Source of the DNA: Anthoceros angustus
Lineage: Eukaryota; Plantae; Anthocerotophyta
Assembly: GCA_010909165.1 (NCBI GenBank)
Contig: MU008166.1
Span: 186,001-250,000 of the forward strand
Length of the DNA: 64,000 bases
Direction of reading: 5' to 3'
The notes below the pieces were generated by a model that was not told where the DNA came from, made no database searches, and was given only the letters and a program-made list of their open reading frames with translations. Numbering within the stretch: position 1 is the stretch's first letter; each line of letters starts with the position of its first letter. The position numbers were made by a program, and so were the translations under genes. This document shows positions 1-14,100 of this stretch, piece after piece.

Positions 1-1889
1 CCCATCAGGGCTGTTCCACATCAATGACGATGGCCATCAAGGATGATGGACGGAGGTTGCTCTCCTCTTGTCGGCCATCAAGGACCGGTATGGAGTGCCG
101 CCGCCTTGGCTCTTGCCGTCTCGGATCACAGCGTCGTCGTGTGACTAGGGACGGTTTATACCTCACAATGTGGGGTATATGATTACCGTAATTAAACGGG
201 ATGGGAAAGTCCTTCTTCTTTGATCACTACTGTACTATCGTCACCCAATAAAACTCGATGACCGTCACATGCTTGGCGGAATGGATGGGTATGGTTTGTT
301 GGCCATGACAATGTCATGGCCTTCACAACCCGCCATGAACCAAAGACAATGGCTCCTATCTCTGATAAACTTGTCTCCACGTTGTCCAAGAAAGGTGTGG
401 TGAAGCCATTTTAATATTTGAAAAGCCGGGCATGGTAGAAAACATGCCATGTCCGGGTCGTGCATTGACGACGCCCGTTCTCTATTTCGATCCGCTTCTT
501 CTACACCATTGTGCAAGGACGGTAGGTGGCACGTGAGAGCCATTCAAGCAAACTAAATGCCCCATTCATTATGCCATGAATGAAGGACCGTATGTGAATT
601 TGCCATATATATGCCAATTCGCGTCTCCCATATAATGATGTGCATCGCTCGAGACTCCAGTCCACCAATCAAAGCGCCACATGGCGTAACGTGTCATGTA
701 TTCACACCTTCCGGCAGACGCCAATGTGACTCACGCGGCCCCGCGCGCACGCAGGATATCCGGACCTTGGGAGACATGACATCTACCTTCGTGTTCCGCG
801 CTTGCTTGCCCCGCGCCACACCCCATGAATTTACCGCCAACACATCGCTCGATGACCCGCCATGCCACCGCCATGTCTCCTTTTCTCACATGTAAGGAAC
901 GGCTGAAATTCAAGATCCTCTCATCCGCAACCCGATGTGGCCTGGAGGACAAGAGGCTGCCTAAGGTCGCCGTGTTCCGCTTTAAATGTCACCACCTTGC
1001 CCTCGCTTCACGCTACTACCTTTGTTTTGGTCATCTTCGCATCCGAGGCGAGCTTGTCTTCTGAAACACGCCTCCTGCCGCTCTACCTTGTGCCGCCTAT
1101 GACGGACATGTGCAAGTATGCCGCAACGAAGCTGCCGAAACCACCGTGGGTATCCATCGGTAGCTCGCAGACGAGGCGTGTGTGCATGTCTCCATCTTCA
1201 CCGCCTAACCGGAAATACCGCCGATGGCCATCAAGGATCATATGGGAATGTTGGGCGCGGTGTCCCCGCCCTTCACGGGAGCCGCCTCCTCATATCCTCA
1301 CGCCTTGCCGTCGGTGGCGAGGTGGTTCCTTCTCTAGCGAGGTGGTCCCTTCTACCGGTGCGGGCATGGTGTTCGTGACCGCACGGTATGGATTGGTGCT
1401 CGGGAGGCGCCGCATGTGAACACTTTTGTTTGGCCCTTTTCTCCAACCCGCAAGTTCATACTGCAGGTGAAGGTGTTGTGGAATCGCATTTGAACCCGCA
1501 ACATTCCGCCTCACCCCCTCGCTTGTGGATCATTGCGAAGTGTTTGCACATCGTTGTCGGTGCTGGAAACCGACGATGCCCATCAAGGACGAGGGCTGCA
1601 GCCTCGTCAATGATGGCCATCAAGGATGATGGACGGAGGTTGCTCTCCTCTTGTCGGCCATCAAGGACCTGGTATGGAGTGCCGCCCGCCTTGGCTCTTG
1701 CCGTCTCGGATCACGGCGTCTTGCCGTCGGTGACTAGGGACGGTTTATACCTCACAATGTGGGGTATATGATTACCGTAATTAAACGCTGGGATGGGAAA
1801 GTCCTTCTTCTTTGATCACTACGTGTACTTCATGTCACCCAATAAAACTCGATGACCGTCTGCATGGCGGAATGGATGGGTATGGTTTG
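1..1889 (+). repeat. Direct repeat of about 300 bp (1-298 repeated at 1579-1889)
   Basis: GATGGCCATCAAGGATGATGGACGGAGGTTGCTCTCCTCTTGTCGGCCATCAAGGACC...GGAATGGATGGGTATGGTTTG occurs at both places and differs mainly by small indels. Confidence 0.9.
140..240 (+). pseudogene. Possible Ulp1/peptidase C48-like remnant (TE-borne); second copy near 1740-1830
   Basis: Translation across a frameshift gives RFIPHNVGYMITVIKRDGKV..FFD. This resembles the F-x-P-x-N...HW...VI...V-x-Y/F-FDS layout of C48 proteases carried by CACTA/MULE elements. The catalytic HW is missing, so the call is weak. Confidence 0.3.
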
Positions 1890-3224
1890 GTGCCCGCTCA
1901 TACTGACCGACATGACAAGTCACCGCTGCGCACGCCCCTTCCGAGTCACGCGTAATAAACAAAGTATGGTGATTGGTGCTATAGCTCTTGCCTTCTCCCT
2001 CCTAGATGCACAAGGCATTCTCTAGATTCCGGTCCATTGCATACCTCGATGGAGAGAATTGGCAAGGATTGGCCCGCAAGCCTCGGAAGTTGAAGGCGAG
2101 AGGGAGATTGAGAGAGAAGGGTAAGCGGATGTACACGCCACCCTCCCGTAGGGACCGATCCGCCCCGGGTGATGCGAAGGGCAAGAGGAAAGTGGAGGAG
2201 CAATCGCCGCGGCGACGGCATCCGGGCGCCGACGGAGTGCCAGCCCAAGCCACATTTCCTCCATGGGAAGAAGAGGCGAACCGCATTCGAGCTACAATTT
2301 CTGCAGAGGCCACGATCCAAGGAGGAGGTTGCAGTTGAGCCTGTTTCGGATAGAACAAACCGCCGATGTGGGGCTTCACGTCCAAGCGCGCCACCGTGGT
2401 CAAGCTACACACTTCACAGAATGGAATTGGGATGCGTTGGACGAGGCGACATGACTCTGCGGCACCGGGTTCGTGCCCTTTCACAGAATGGCGACGCAAC
2501 ATGGGAGCGAGAGACTTTGAGACAATGAGCTCAACACTATTCCTTGCCGTATAAGTGGACATGAAGGAGGTTGTTTACACCAAGGGGAAGGCGCCTCCCG
2601 AACGCTTTGTTCGCATTTGCTTGCAAGCTTAGGACGATCAAGGCCGTTGTCGAACTTTGGATTGTGTGTAATCAACTTTAAATCAAAACACGCATCCCCA
2701 AATGCAATGACCGATACGCGTGTCAACCATCTCCGACTGGTGCCGACCACTGAGCCAGCCACAAGACATCCTCCCTTTCCATTGCGGTGTGTCACCCTAC
2801 ACTACGCCCAATCTCCGGCCCGTCGGAAGAGTCGGCTACCACGCTGACATAACGCCCGGCAGCTTCCACCGCCGTACGACGTCGCGAACATTGCGTGCAT
2901 CCAGGCGTGCTCGCCAACCGTGCTCGCCGCCACCGAGTTGGGATTGGAAGACGGTGGTGGCTCCTGCGCGCAAATTCGCTGCTCATGTCCGAGGCGCGAG
3001 GTTCTTGTCCCCGATCGCTTCATGCGTGCATCGCCGCGAGCCGCTTTGCCCCGATCGTCGGCCGACTTACCCGCCGAGTGGGTCATCACGACGGCGGATC
3101 TCCATAAGGTGTGACGCGTTTGTGCCTGGCCCATGGTTTCGCACGCCCGTCCTACGCCACGTCTGCGTGTTTATGGGTCATGAAGTCATGATTGCACCGT
3201 GGGGACGGGGCGTTCGGATAACGG

Positions 3225-6125
3225 ATGTACCACCTTTGTCAGGCCGTGGTTGCCGTGCCTACCGATCACGACGGGAGGATGCCACGAAATGCATGCGGTG
3301 TACATGTATTGTCCCCGCCGCCAGTGTCGCGAGCTCGCAGCTCGTATTCAAGACACATTTCAAGAATTCACTGTCGCGCCACCGCCTCGCACCGCGTGGC
3401 CGTGAGTTCTCTCGCATCAATGGCCAGCAAATGCACTCCAATTCTAGCTTTAAGGTGGCTTTTGCGGTCGGCGAGACCAGCGGCATAGAAGAGCGCGCCT
3501 TGACGGCGCCTCCGCACCCCACGGATTCGGATACGGCTCGATGGGTCCGACAGGAACCGGCCATCCTACCGACCACACTAGTAGTTCCGACGACGAAAGT
3601 ATGGATGAGGGTTCGGAGGTGATGATATGCCCGGCGCACGTGGACGAGTTCAAGCCACGGATGTTGCAAAGGCGGCGGATGGATGGAGTCCGATACCGCT
3701 TTCGAGCCGCGGGCGAAACGCCGTTATACCACATTGAAGAGGAAGTCCAATCGAAAGAAAGGCTAAGCGCAACACCGTTGTTGCCGCCTTGGCAAACGAT
3801 GTATGACATCGTGACGCCGTGACGCACTTTTAAAGCTCTTAAGTGTGGATATTTTGCCGCCCGAACAAGTCAAGGACATGTACGAGGCAAAGTCGGTTTG
3901 CACATGTTTGGGCCAAGATACGTGAAAATCCATGCTTGTGAAAAGATTGTATTCTATTCGGGGTGAGTACGCTGCGCCCATTGCCCTCTGTGGCACGCGT
4001 ACAAGGAAGGGTTTGATGAGCGATGTCGTCCTAAGGTCCTCGCATTTCCTCAAGACGATTGAAACGCATGTTCAATGCCGAAATAGCATGATGATGACTT
4101 GGTACGGGAGGCAAAGCGAGAATGGGGACATGTCCATGATGGCGACACCCCAACATGGAGAGTATTTGATGCGCTTGAAGGGTTCGGGATGAACCTCGCA
4201 ACTTGAGGTTGGCATTATGCACGACGGCTTCAACCCCTTTGGTCATGTGTCAACACGTCCATATGGCCGTTATGCTATTCGTTCACAACATGCCTCGGCT
4301 TGCACAAAGGACGCCCATGTCATCATGCCTCTCATTGTACCAGACCGGGCATGGTAAAAATTTTGATGTTTATATGGCGCCGGTAGAAGAACCGGAAGAG
4401 TTGTGGAGAGGGGTGGACATGGAAGACTTTTCAATACCGTGAACGATCCTAGGAGGCATTTTAGGTGCGAGGGCCGAACGTCATTGCCGACTACCTGTGG
4501 TTGGGCACCGATTGCAAGTGAAAGGGACCCGGCGTGTGTGGATTGCCGGGTTGGACTGGATTCCCGCTATTCTCATCAATTAAAAAGCAGGTTTATGTTG
4601 GCAGAGGTGGTTGCCCGGCGATAGCGGACGGTGGAAGACATGGATCGGTACGATGGACGGCGGAACTCCCCCACCGTGCCACCAACGCTTGATGATGTGG
4701 TGATGATATGGTACGCAGAGAGGTGCGCCGAGATCCGCACGAGGAAATTTTGGAACGCGCGATGTCTTCTGCTTAGGGTGCTCCCATATTGGCGCCACCT
4801 TCTTGTGATGGCGCCAAAGGATGTCATGCACGTGGAAAAGAACAATGCAGAGGCCATATGGCACACTTTGACGGGCGAGCGGGCGACCTAGCATCAAGGA
4901 TGGACATGGAAGCCAATGGAGGGAAAAGGTGGTTGTGGCGGTAGGAGAGGATCGCCATTGCCCGAGGCGCCTTACGCTTTGGCGAAAGACGACCTCCGCA
5001 AGTCATAGAGAGAATTAAACGCATAAAGCTGCCCCAGTGCTATGGGTCTAACATAGGAGCGAAATTAGAGGGGGCAAAGTGGCTTGAAGTGCCATGATCG
5101 CACATCATGCTGGAAATCATCTTCCCATCGTCCTTCGGGGTGCATAGACCCAGGTGTACAAGGCGGTTGTGAAATTGGGTCGATCAGACAGATGGATTTG
5201 CCGGACAATACCGGCCATGAAATTCAAGCACAACGAGAAGAGGTCATGGGTGATGTGCTCGAAAAGCAATTCCTCCAAAGGTCTTTGATATATCAACCCA
5301 CCTCATAATACATTTAGTGGACGAGGTCGATTGGGCCAGGCACTGTGGATGTACCCGGTGGAGAGATACTTAGGATCCAGAAGGACAGGCGCCAAATACA
5401 AACCAGAGTCCAGTATAGCCGTGGGGTATATGAGAGAGGAGAGTATGCATTTCGGCATGTCATTCCTCCGGCGTTACTATGGTCACGTCGGTGGATCATG
5501 GAGTCCTGAGGACCGTGTGGGAGAAAAGCTGTTGGGTGTCGGTCGTCTGTACACAATGGATGCCGTTGAGGTGCGCCAGGCCCATACTTATGTGCTGTAT
5601 CACACGAAGGTGATGCAGCCGTTTTTGGACATGTACGACGAAGAGGTGAGGATGTACGGTGCACATGAGGAACGACGAAGTTTCAAGAGGTGGGTGCACA
5701 GAAGAAGGGCGGTGAGCGCTTGGGAGGGGCATCCTGCTATGACCCACGAAGTGAGGGCTATAATGGATGGCCCTGCGTTGCAAGCACTGGCACATAGTCA
5801 CATGTGGAACAAAGGCAGCCACCGTATCAGGAGGCATAAACGGCGGAGCACAAAAGATAGTGCAGCGCAAAGTTTATCATGGTGGACAGGGCTGCCGGGA
5901 GCTCAAGAGGAGCGCGTCTTCTACGGCCACATAGAGCAACATCGCGGATGCGCTTCTGAGGAGTATAATCCAGCCTTGAAGGTTGATGGTACGAGTGTCG
6001 GCCAGAGGGACAAGGCCGCCGCTAAGTCGTGCGGGTTTGACCTTGTGAATACCGAGAAGGTTTCCGTGTTGTGGTGCACTCCATCGATGGTCCATTTGTG
6101 TGGCCATCGCAGTAACTCGGCATGA
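3225..6125 (+). pseudogene. CACTA TnpD/Tnp2 transposase, frameshifted
   Basis: Motifs appear in the expected order: YCPRRQC (transposase-associated domain), YVKIHAC, NLRLALCT/DGFNPFG and FDVYMAP..EELWRGV (Transposase_21), LPYWRHLLV..DVMHVEKN, and WMYPVERY...KPESSIAVGYMREE (DUF4218-like). Confidence 0.9.
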
Positions 6126-6549
6126 TGCATCCGGAGAGTGGATGGAAACAGGGTGGGCCTTGGCCGTGCCTACTCCGGCGAGGGATGGAGAGAGGAGGAA
6201 CCCATGCGCACGCACATAGATTGTGGCATGTCGCTTGAGTAGGAACGGATGGGGGCAAAACCGATGCCAAGTGGGCATTAAAGTATTTCCAAACAAACAA
6301 GCATGATCCAATGGCGAATGTGCCAATACCCAAGTGACGTGTGGGAATGGTCGAGGAAGTCGATGATTACCGTTAAAATGGAGTAATGGGGGCATTGAGA
6401 GCGCGCCATTTGGGCAATATCATACATCACGAGTAACGCACAGAACCAATGGGACATGAAAATTGCTCCCGCCGTCGAGGTTGTGGTCGAAAATGTTGTG
6501 ATTATGGGCAAGTAGCAAGTGCACAGGCAGCACCGTCCCGCCGATAGCA

Positions 6550-9220
6550 GAAATGACCACCGCCGGCCTTTGCAAACAAGCTTTTTCAAAATGGCGCCTT
6601 GAATGCATACCGGACTCATGGCGCGCGCCGCCCGAGAGGAAGCCATTGCCTTCAAAGATGGAACGGCGGTGGACAACCGGTTCACAAGGTGGAGAGTATG
6701 GCCACCGAGGCTTGCCGGGCGAGTCGCACGGGGCGCCGAACACCACGCGACGGCCGACGACGATGGACCGATCCGGGTGGGGAGGATGGGGGCAACCGCC
6801 TCGGTGTCGCCATCCCCGCACCCACCGCGTCTTCATTCGACATCGGCGACCAAGAAGCGGCCTCATCAAGACGGCGGTAAGAGGCGAGGCGAGATGGTCA
6901 ACAGGAGTTGATTTTGACGACGCCGAGATCCGAACCTCCCCGACGGATGCGGAGTTGGAGCATTGCGCAAGAATTGAACGACATAGAGGAGGAGCTATTT
7001 ACGTCGGATGAGGTTGGTTGTCGCGAGTCGATTTAACGGCAAGTGATGCCGCAAAGTGTGCACGCTCAAGTTTGGCCGGGTTAGTGGGCATGGTGGACAA
7101 ACGGTAACAGAGCACCGGCATGCCGGCGTGTTTAAGCATGGGGACAAGGGAGGCAACCTTCGAGGGCCGGGCGGTGGCAACGATTGCAAGAAGGGAAAGT
7201 GGAATGGAAGGCCGGACAAGCCGGGCAGAGGCGGACAACGACCGACGCATGTGCACTTGATCTCGAATGGCGCAATCAATTTCGCAAGGGGTGGTGTTCT
7301 AACTCGGTGATGATGTAGGTCTGATTCGCGTGAGTGCGGTGGACAACGATGCATCGTTAAAGCCTTGATAAACAAGCATGGGGTGAAATGGTCAAGGAGG
7401 CCATGCAAACCACATGAAGCGGGGAGGGACTGGTTGTTCGCGGGCGAGCAAGGCACGCAGAATCATGGTACCGTGAGGACGAAGGTTGTGAATGAACTCG
7501 CACCGCAAGATGGCGGACGTTCAAAGAAGAGAAAGCACGTTAGTGAAACTGTCAAGCATTCCTGCACCGTGGTCAAGTCCAAGATAAGCCGACACTTCGC
7601 ATGACGCGGACACGCACTCGATGTGTGGAAGCGCAGAGGAAATGGTAGAGGGGAGGACATGGGAAGAAACCGAGCATGGTGGATGACGAAGAGTGGGAAG
7701 ATGCACTTGCATGGGCTCGGATGGAGTTGAAGAGGAACGGAAGTTTGAGCCATCAAGCACGAAATCGCAGAAAAGAGAGGCTAGCCAAAACGGGGATGGG
7801 TCCAAACCCATGGGGAAAGGGAGGGCGTGGCTGGGTGGTGAGGTTTGAGAATCATGGGCGGTTTCCAACGGAAGAAGAGGCAGTATGGGAGGTTGAAGAG
7901 GACGATTTCCATGCACTGTGGGCGGTCCGCGATAGTGGGGTTCTGCGAGTTCCTACAGCTGGTAAGGTGGAGTGTATGACAAGACACCGTAGATTCTGTG
8001 CCATTGCAAGGAGAACAAGGAAATGACCATTTTGCTTAATGACATTGAATTGGAGATGGATCCGATATGGTGGCCTTCCGAGGCGACGGAAGGGGTGGGG
8101 AGGCTGGTGCACGTGCACACTTTGCCGCAAGTGACGCCGCAAAGTGTGCACACGCTCAAGTTTGCAGCCGGGTGTGGGCATGGTGGACAAACGGTAACAC
8201 AGAGCACCGCATGCGGTGTGTTTAAGCATGGGGACAAGGGAGGCAACCTTCGAGGGGGGCGATTGCAAGAAGGGAAAGTGGAATGGAAGGCCGGACAAGC
8301 CGGGCAGAGGCGGACAACGACCGACGCATGTGCACTTGATCTCGAATGGCGCAATCAATTTCGCAAGGGGTGGTGTTCTAACCACGGTGATGACTAGGTC
8401 CGGATGTGCCGCCGGCGCGGTGAGTGCGGTGGACAACGATGCACCGTTAAAGCCTTGATAAACAAGCATGGGGTGAAATGGTCAAGGAGGCCATGCAACC
8501 ACATGAAGCGGAGGGACTCATGTTGTTCGCGGGCGAGCAAGGCACGCAGAATCATGGTACCGTGAGGACGAAGGTTGTGAATGAACTCGCACCGCAAGAT
8601 GGCGGACGTCCGAAAGAAGAGAAAGCACGTTAGTGAACGGTTCCAAGCATTCCTGCACCGTGGTCAAGTCCAAGATAAGCCGACACTCGCAGATGACGCG
8701 ACACGCAATTCGATGTGTGGAAGTCAAGGGCGCTAGAGGAAATGGTAGGGGGGAGGACATGGAAGAAACCGAGCATGGTGGATGACGAAGAGTGGGAAGA
8801 TGCACTTGCATGGGCTCGGATGGAGTTGAAGAGGAACGGAAGTTTGAGCCATCAAGTACGAAATCGCAGCAAAAGAGAGGCTAGCCAAAACGGGGATGGG
8901 TCCAAACCCATGGGGAAAGGGAGGGCGTGGCTGGGTGGTGAGGTTTGAGAATCAAGATGGCGGTTTCCAACGGAAGAAGAGGCAGTATGGGAGGTTGAAG
9001 AGGACGATTTCCATGCAGCCTGTGGGCGGTCCGCGATAGTGGGGTTCTGCCGAGTTCCTACTGGTAAGGTGGAGTGTATGACAAGACACCGTAGATTCGC
9101 CATTGCAAGGAGAACAAGGAAATGACCATTTTGCTTAATGACATTGAATTGGAGATGGATCCCGATATGGTGGCCTTCCGAGGCGACGGAAGGAAGGGGT
9201 GGAGGCAGCGGTGCACGTGG
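6550..9220 (+). pseudogene. Degenerate second CACTA ORF (TnpA/Ptta-like), partly duplicated
   Basis: Located downstream of TnpD inside the element. Fragment DEEWEDALAWARMELKRNGSLSHQARNRRKERLAKTGMGPNPWGKGG resembles the N..NR...G.GG segment of Ptta/En/Spm ORF2 proteins. Confidence 0.4.
7039..9219 (+). repeat. Tandem duplication of about 1.09 kb (7039-8126 and 8127-9219)
   Basis: Both units start GCAAGTGA(T/C)GCCGCAAAGTGTGCAC and run through AATGACCATTTTGCTTAATGACATTGAATTGGAGATGGATCC. Differences are mostly small indels. Confidence 0.95.
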
Positions 9221-10887
9221 TGGCGTGGACGTGAGAGGCTAGGAAGGAATGCAGATGGCACGGAAGGGGCTTGGGGGAGGAGGAGAGGAGGCGGGCACAA
9301 CGTATTGGAAGGGGGAAAGGCGACGATGAAACAAGAGCGTGAAGTGGAGACGGGCCACAGCCACGAGGCGCAAGGTGAGGGAGGCAGCAGGGGGAAACGA
9401 TCGACAAGATGGATTTAAATTGTGGTGCCCGCGACACCACGATCGCCTGTGTTTGGTGGAAGCCCATGCCCGGAATGGTGTGAGGAGGCAGGGCGACGAG
9501 GGTCAGGTCACGTGGGCAGCAAGCAACTGGAGAAGAGGTGGAGGAGTGCCCGAGACCAAGGTGACGCCATGTTTGCGGAGGGTGGAGGCCGTTGGGATCG
9601 ATGGATGACGACGCTGAATGGCGTGAACAATGAGTGTGGAGGCGGAGTCGGGTGGTGGACCACGGGGGGCAACCGATCCGTCACTGTGAGGAAACACACT
9701 TGTGTGCACGTGGACAGCCAAAAACGCAGGGGAGTAGGAGGAGCGGTGGCGGGGACTGACAAAGTGGATCACCCAAAGATCCATGCTCGGGCAGGCCAAA
9801 AGGCGCACTAGCATGAGGCGATGTCCGGGAGAGAGAATGAAGGAGGTTCAAGAGGGCATCATGCGTGCGCCTTTGATATGGGCAAAGGCCGGCACGATGC
9901 GGGGGGGACAGACGGGGGACGCTGGATAACATGGACGATCCAAGAGGCAGTCAAGAGGACGAGGTGCCTAATTTCGTGACACATATCTTGCACCTCCGGC
10001 CGAGAGCATGGACCTACATAGTGGAGCCCGCTGAGGCAACGCCACCGCGATAAAGGGTGGCGGGCGAAGAGGAAAAGAGGAGGAGGAGGAGGAGGCGGTG
10101 GGCGAGTGACAAGGGCACGGCTGATACCGGAAGAAGGAGAGGAAACTCACCAAGGGCGTAAGATACGAGGAGGAGGAGGAAGGTAAGGCAAATGGTCACT
10201 ATGGTGATTGGTACACCCATTAACGGGTAACTCATGATGGCCATGTTGGTTGTATGTGCAACGTGTGTAGTGAGGGGAAGCGGTAGAAGTGGCAAAGCTT
10301 GCCTCCAACGCAAGCGGAGGGGAAGAAGAAAATTGGGAATCGAACGGAGGGCGGAAGTTTCGAGGTGCATACGATGACGAGTAGGAAGTGCCTTACATGG
10401 AGGCGTAAAAGCATAAGCCGAGCATACCAAAACCTCCGCACAAAGACAATCTTGTAGGGGCATAACCTCAGTGATGCGTCACAATAAGGTGATAGGTGGG
10501 GACAAGGGGGAAGCCGCTGGCTATTGGTGACGTGGAAGGACAAACCGCATGCCGCATGCTATAAAGTAGGGGTAGAAAGAGCCGCGCTATTTACACGATA
10601 GTAAATACATAGTACCGCATCATGAATATGTGTGTGTCACGATGATGGAATACGATAGTATACAAACTTATTTTATATGAAATTGAATACGCCTTATAGC
10701 ACTTAGAATAATATATTACATTTATCAGAGACTACATGTGTATAGTATAAGGATGTATTCGCATGTATTTTATATATGGTCGTATTGAAGGGCGACATGG
10801 TAACTACCAAGTAAACGTGGTATTGCAAGGGCAAAAGTAAAAGGAAAATAGTGGATGGGGAGGAGGTTCGTACCAAGCCTCCAAAAG

Positions 10888-11153
10888 TGTTACAAGACCT
10901 CTCTTGTAACATTTTAGATGTTGCAATCATGTTGCAATTTTGAGAGAGGGCAAAACCACCTCTCTTCATCTTAACATAATTGCAACACCATTGCAACATG
11001 ATTGCAACAACGGCCGTGGTATGGTTTCCAAGCCAAAAGTGTAACAAGGGGCCCAAAAGTGTTACATGACCCCAAAATTGCAACATGAGTGTTACATCCA
11101 GGGGTCCAAATCTTAACATAAAGTGTAACATAGGGTGCCCTTTTCTAGTAGGG
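10888..11153. repeat. CACTA subterminal repeat array (TGTTACA/TGTAACA/TTGCAACA, direct and inverted) plus 3' TIR
   Basis: Inverted pair TGTTACA 10888 / TGTAACA 10905, TGTTGCAATCATGTTGCAA at about 10919, TTGCAACA three times at about 10980-11010, further copies up to 11130, then TTTTCTAGTAGGG. Confidence 0.75.
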
Positions 11154-14100
11154 CATCATCCTCCTGCTGTCGCCTGCTGACCTTCTTCCCCTCCGCCTGT
11201 AATCCGGGACTGAGGAAGATCACCAGATCAGCAGCCCGGGAGAGGAATGACAGGAGGAACTGGGTTGGCTACAACAGGGCCGTGTGGGATGGGTAGAACC
11301 AAAGGAGCAGGCTCATCAGATCGCAGACGTGATTATCCAGAGGGTAGTCCACACCGGATCTCAGACCGGAGGAGAATCGATGGAAGGTGCTCGATACCGA
11401 TGAAGGAGCATGTGGTTCAAGAAAGGTGACACTTCGCAAGCACAATGGACTCGTGGTCTGATTGAAAAGCTTGTAGGCCTTGACCGCCACGTATCCCACA
11501 AAATGAAAAGCTCGGCACGTGATCTAGCTTCTTCCTTTTCTCGATGAATATGAGCATAGGTCAGGAACCGAAAATCTTGAGATGCGCAGATTAGGCTTTT
11601 GCCAATACACTCATAGGGGGTCTTGTGAGGAACTGAACTAGTTAGAACCCTGTTGAGGATGTAATGGTCGCCACAACCGCTCGCCCAATAACCCCGAGGT
11701 AAGCTCGCCCAAATCAAGATGCTCGTGTCATCCCAAGCAATGTCTCGGTTTTATGCTCGACACGCCATTCGCTGGGGTATAGGGAACTGTGAGTTGCCTC
11801 AAGACCCCAGCCTCTTGAAGGAGGTCATCGAAAGATGAGTTAACAAACTCTGTCCTGCTGTCTGGCCCCTCAATATTTTCGAACCCGCCTGTTTGCCTCT
11901 GAGCAGTGGTGAGCCAGTCCTTGAAGTAGCTGAAAGTATCACTTTTAGAGTGCAGAAGAAAGGTCCATGTGTAGCGACTATAATCATCCGTGAGGGTGAA
12001 AAAGTAGCGAGAACCTCCAAGGGAGGGTTCATGGATTTTTCCAGAAATATCGGCATGTACTAATCCAAGTACCTCTATAGCTCTATGTGCAGGTGCATTG
12101 GGAAAGGGAGACTCCTTCTGCTGGCCAAGATGCACGACTCACAAATGTAAGTGCTTGAAGCATTTAGGAAGAGGTTCTTTGTGGCATTTTATTATAGACA
12201 TGTCAATGAGCTTAGCTCTATTTACGTGCCCTAACCTAGCGTGCCACAATATAGCCTCCTGCTGAGGACTAACAGCGGGGACACCAGTAGACCGGGTAGA
12301 GTACTGAGAAGTGGAAGATGCCCGGGTGCACACTATGTTTAACCTGTACAGGTCATGCATGTGTCGGGAGAGGACTTTCTATAAAAGCAGCAGTGTTCAT
12401 GGTCTGCTCTCATATAGAGGGTAATGTGAGACGCATGAGTCGACTTATGACATGAGGTTCTTAGCCATGCTAGGAACGAAGAGAACATCTTCGAAGTCTT
12501 AGGTCGCGCCATCGCTTAATCAAAATGCACGCGTTTTACCTCTATGCAAATTAGATTTGCTTTGCTCATCACCCAGAAACACTTTGTCACTAACTGGACC
12601 TTGGTGCAGGGAGGCGAACAACTTCCTGTCCTTAAATATATGGGTGGTTGCTCCAGAGTCAAGGTACCAACACCCAGCATCATTCAGGGAACTCGAAAGG
12701 CAAACGGTAAGGATCTTTACTGGTGCTTTTGATTCTCCTGATTTTTCCTTAACTGCAACACTTGCAGCCGGCTTTGATTGTTTTTGGGGCTCACCGCCTT
12801 TTCTAAGACTTCTGCAAAGGACCAAAGGCCCCACACCAATTGCAGTTGCCTGGTCGCTTCATGGAGCTAGAGGATTCCCCCTTCTGTCCACGTGAATTTC
12901 CTCCTTTGAATTTCCCTTTGCCTTTGCTCGAGCGGAAATTGGCTGCTAACACCTTTTCCCCCTTGACCTTAGAGGATCCAGAGGCGAAAACACGGCTCGC
13001 TTCTTCCCGAATAAGGCACCAATCACCTCTTCCAAGGTGACAACATCGCACTTCCAAAGAAGAAGAATAGCTCCAAAGAAGACGGAGTGGTCCGCTCGCT
13101 TGTGACAAAGGTCCGATAGAAGCAAGGAGTGAAGTGAGCAATCGAAGCTACTCACCTCCGACATCTTGTCTCCAAATATCGGCATGTACTAATCCAAGTA
13201 CCTCTATAGCTCTATGCGTGCATTGGGAAAGGGAGACCTTCTGCTTTGCCAAGATGCACGACTCACAAACAAAAAGTGCTTGAAGCATTTAGGAAGAGGT
13301 TCTTGTGGCATTTTATTATAGACATGTCAATGAGCTTAGCTCTATTTACGTGCCCTAACCTAGCGTCACAATATAGCCTCGCCGAGACTAATGGGGACAC
13401 CAAGAGACCTGTAGAGTAATCGAGAAGTGGAAGATGCCCGGGTGCACACTATGTTTAACCTGTACAGGTCATGCATGTGTCGGGAGAGGACTTTCTATAA
13501 AAGCAGCAGTGTTCATGGTCTGCTCTCATATAGAGGGTAATGAGACGCATGAGTCGACTCCATAGACATGAGGTTCTTAGCCATGCTAGGAACGAAGAGA
13601 ACATCTTCAGTCTTAGGTCGCTGCCATCGCTTAATCAAAATGCACGCGTTTTACCTCTATGCAAATTAGATTTGCTTTGCTCATCACCCGTAAACACTTT
13701 GTCACTAATCTGACCTTGGTGCGTGGAGGCGAACAACTTCCTCGCCCTTAAATATATGGGTGGTTGCCGTGAGTCAAGGTACCAAGACTCAAAGATCATC
13801 TGTGGAACTCGAAAGGTAAGGATCTTTACCGGTGCTTTTGATTCTCCCGATTTTTCCTTAATCGCAACACTTGCACCGGCTTTGATTGTTTTTGGGGCTC
13901 ACCGCCTTTTCTAAGACTCTTGCCTGGACCAAAGGCCCCACACCAATTGCCTCGGTCGCTTCATGGAGCTAGAGGATTCCCTTCGCCCACGTGAATTTCC
14001 TCCTTTGAATTTTCGCCTTTGCTCGAGCGGAAATTGGTCGCTAACACCTTTCCCTTGACCTTAGAGGATCCAGAGAGGCAAACACGGCTCGCTTCTTCCC

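Larger units (their letters stand above)
2900..11153 (+). mobile_element. CACTA (En/Spm) DNA transposon CACTA-A; 5' end not located
   Basis: Tnp2-type transposase remnant at about 3225-6125, ORF2-like region, AT-rich subterminal repeat array, and 3' terminus TTTTCTAGTAGGG (11141-11153), one mismatch from the reverse complement of CACTACTAGAAAA. Copia-2 sequence resumes immediately afterwards. Confidence 0.8.

Noticed and set aside
10014-10463. 149-aa minus-strand ORF with hydrophobic segments
   Set aside because: It is the antisense reading of a purine-rich, GAG-repeat stretch inside CACTA-A. The Leu/Ser/Pro richness follows from base composition and I see no family motif.
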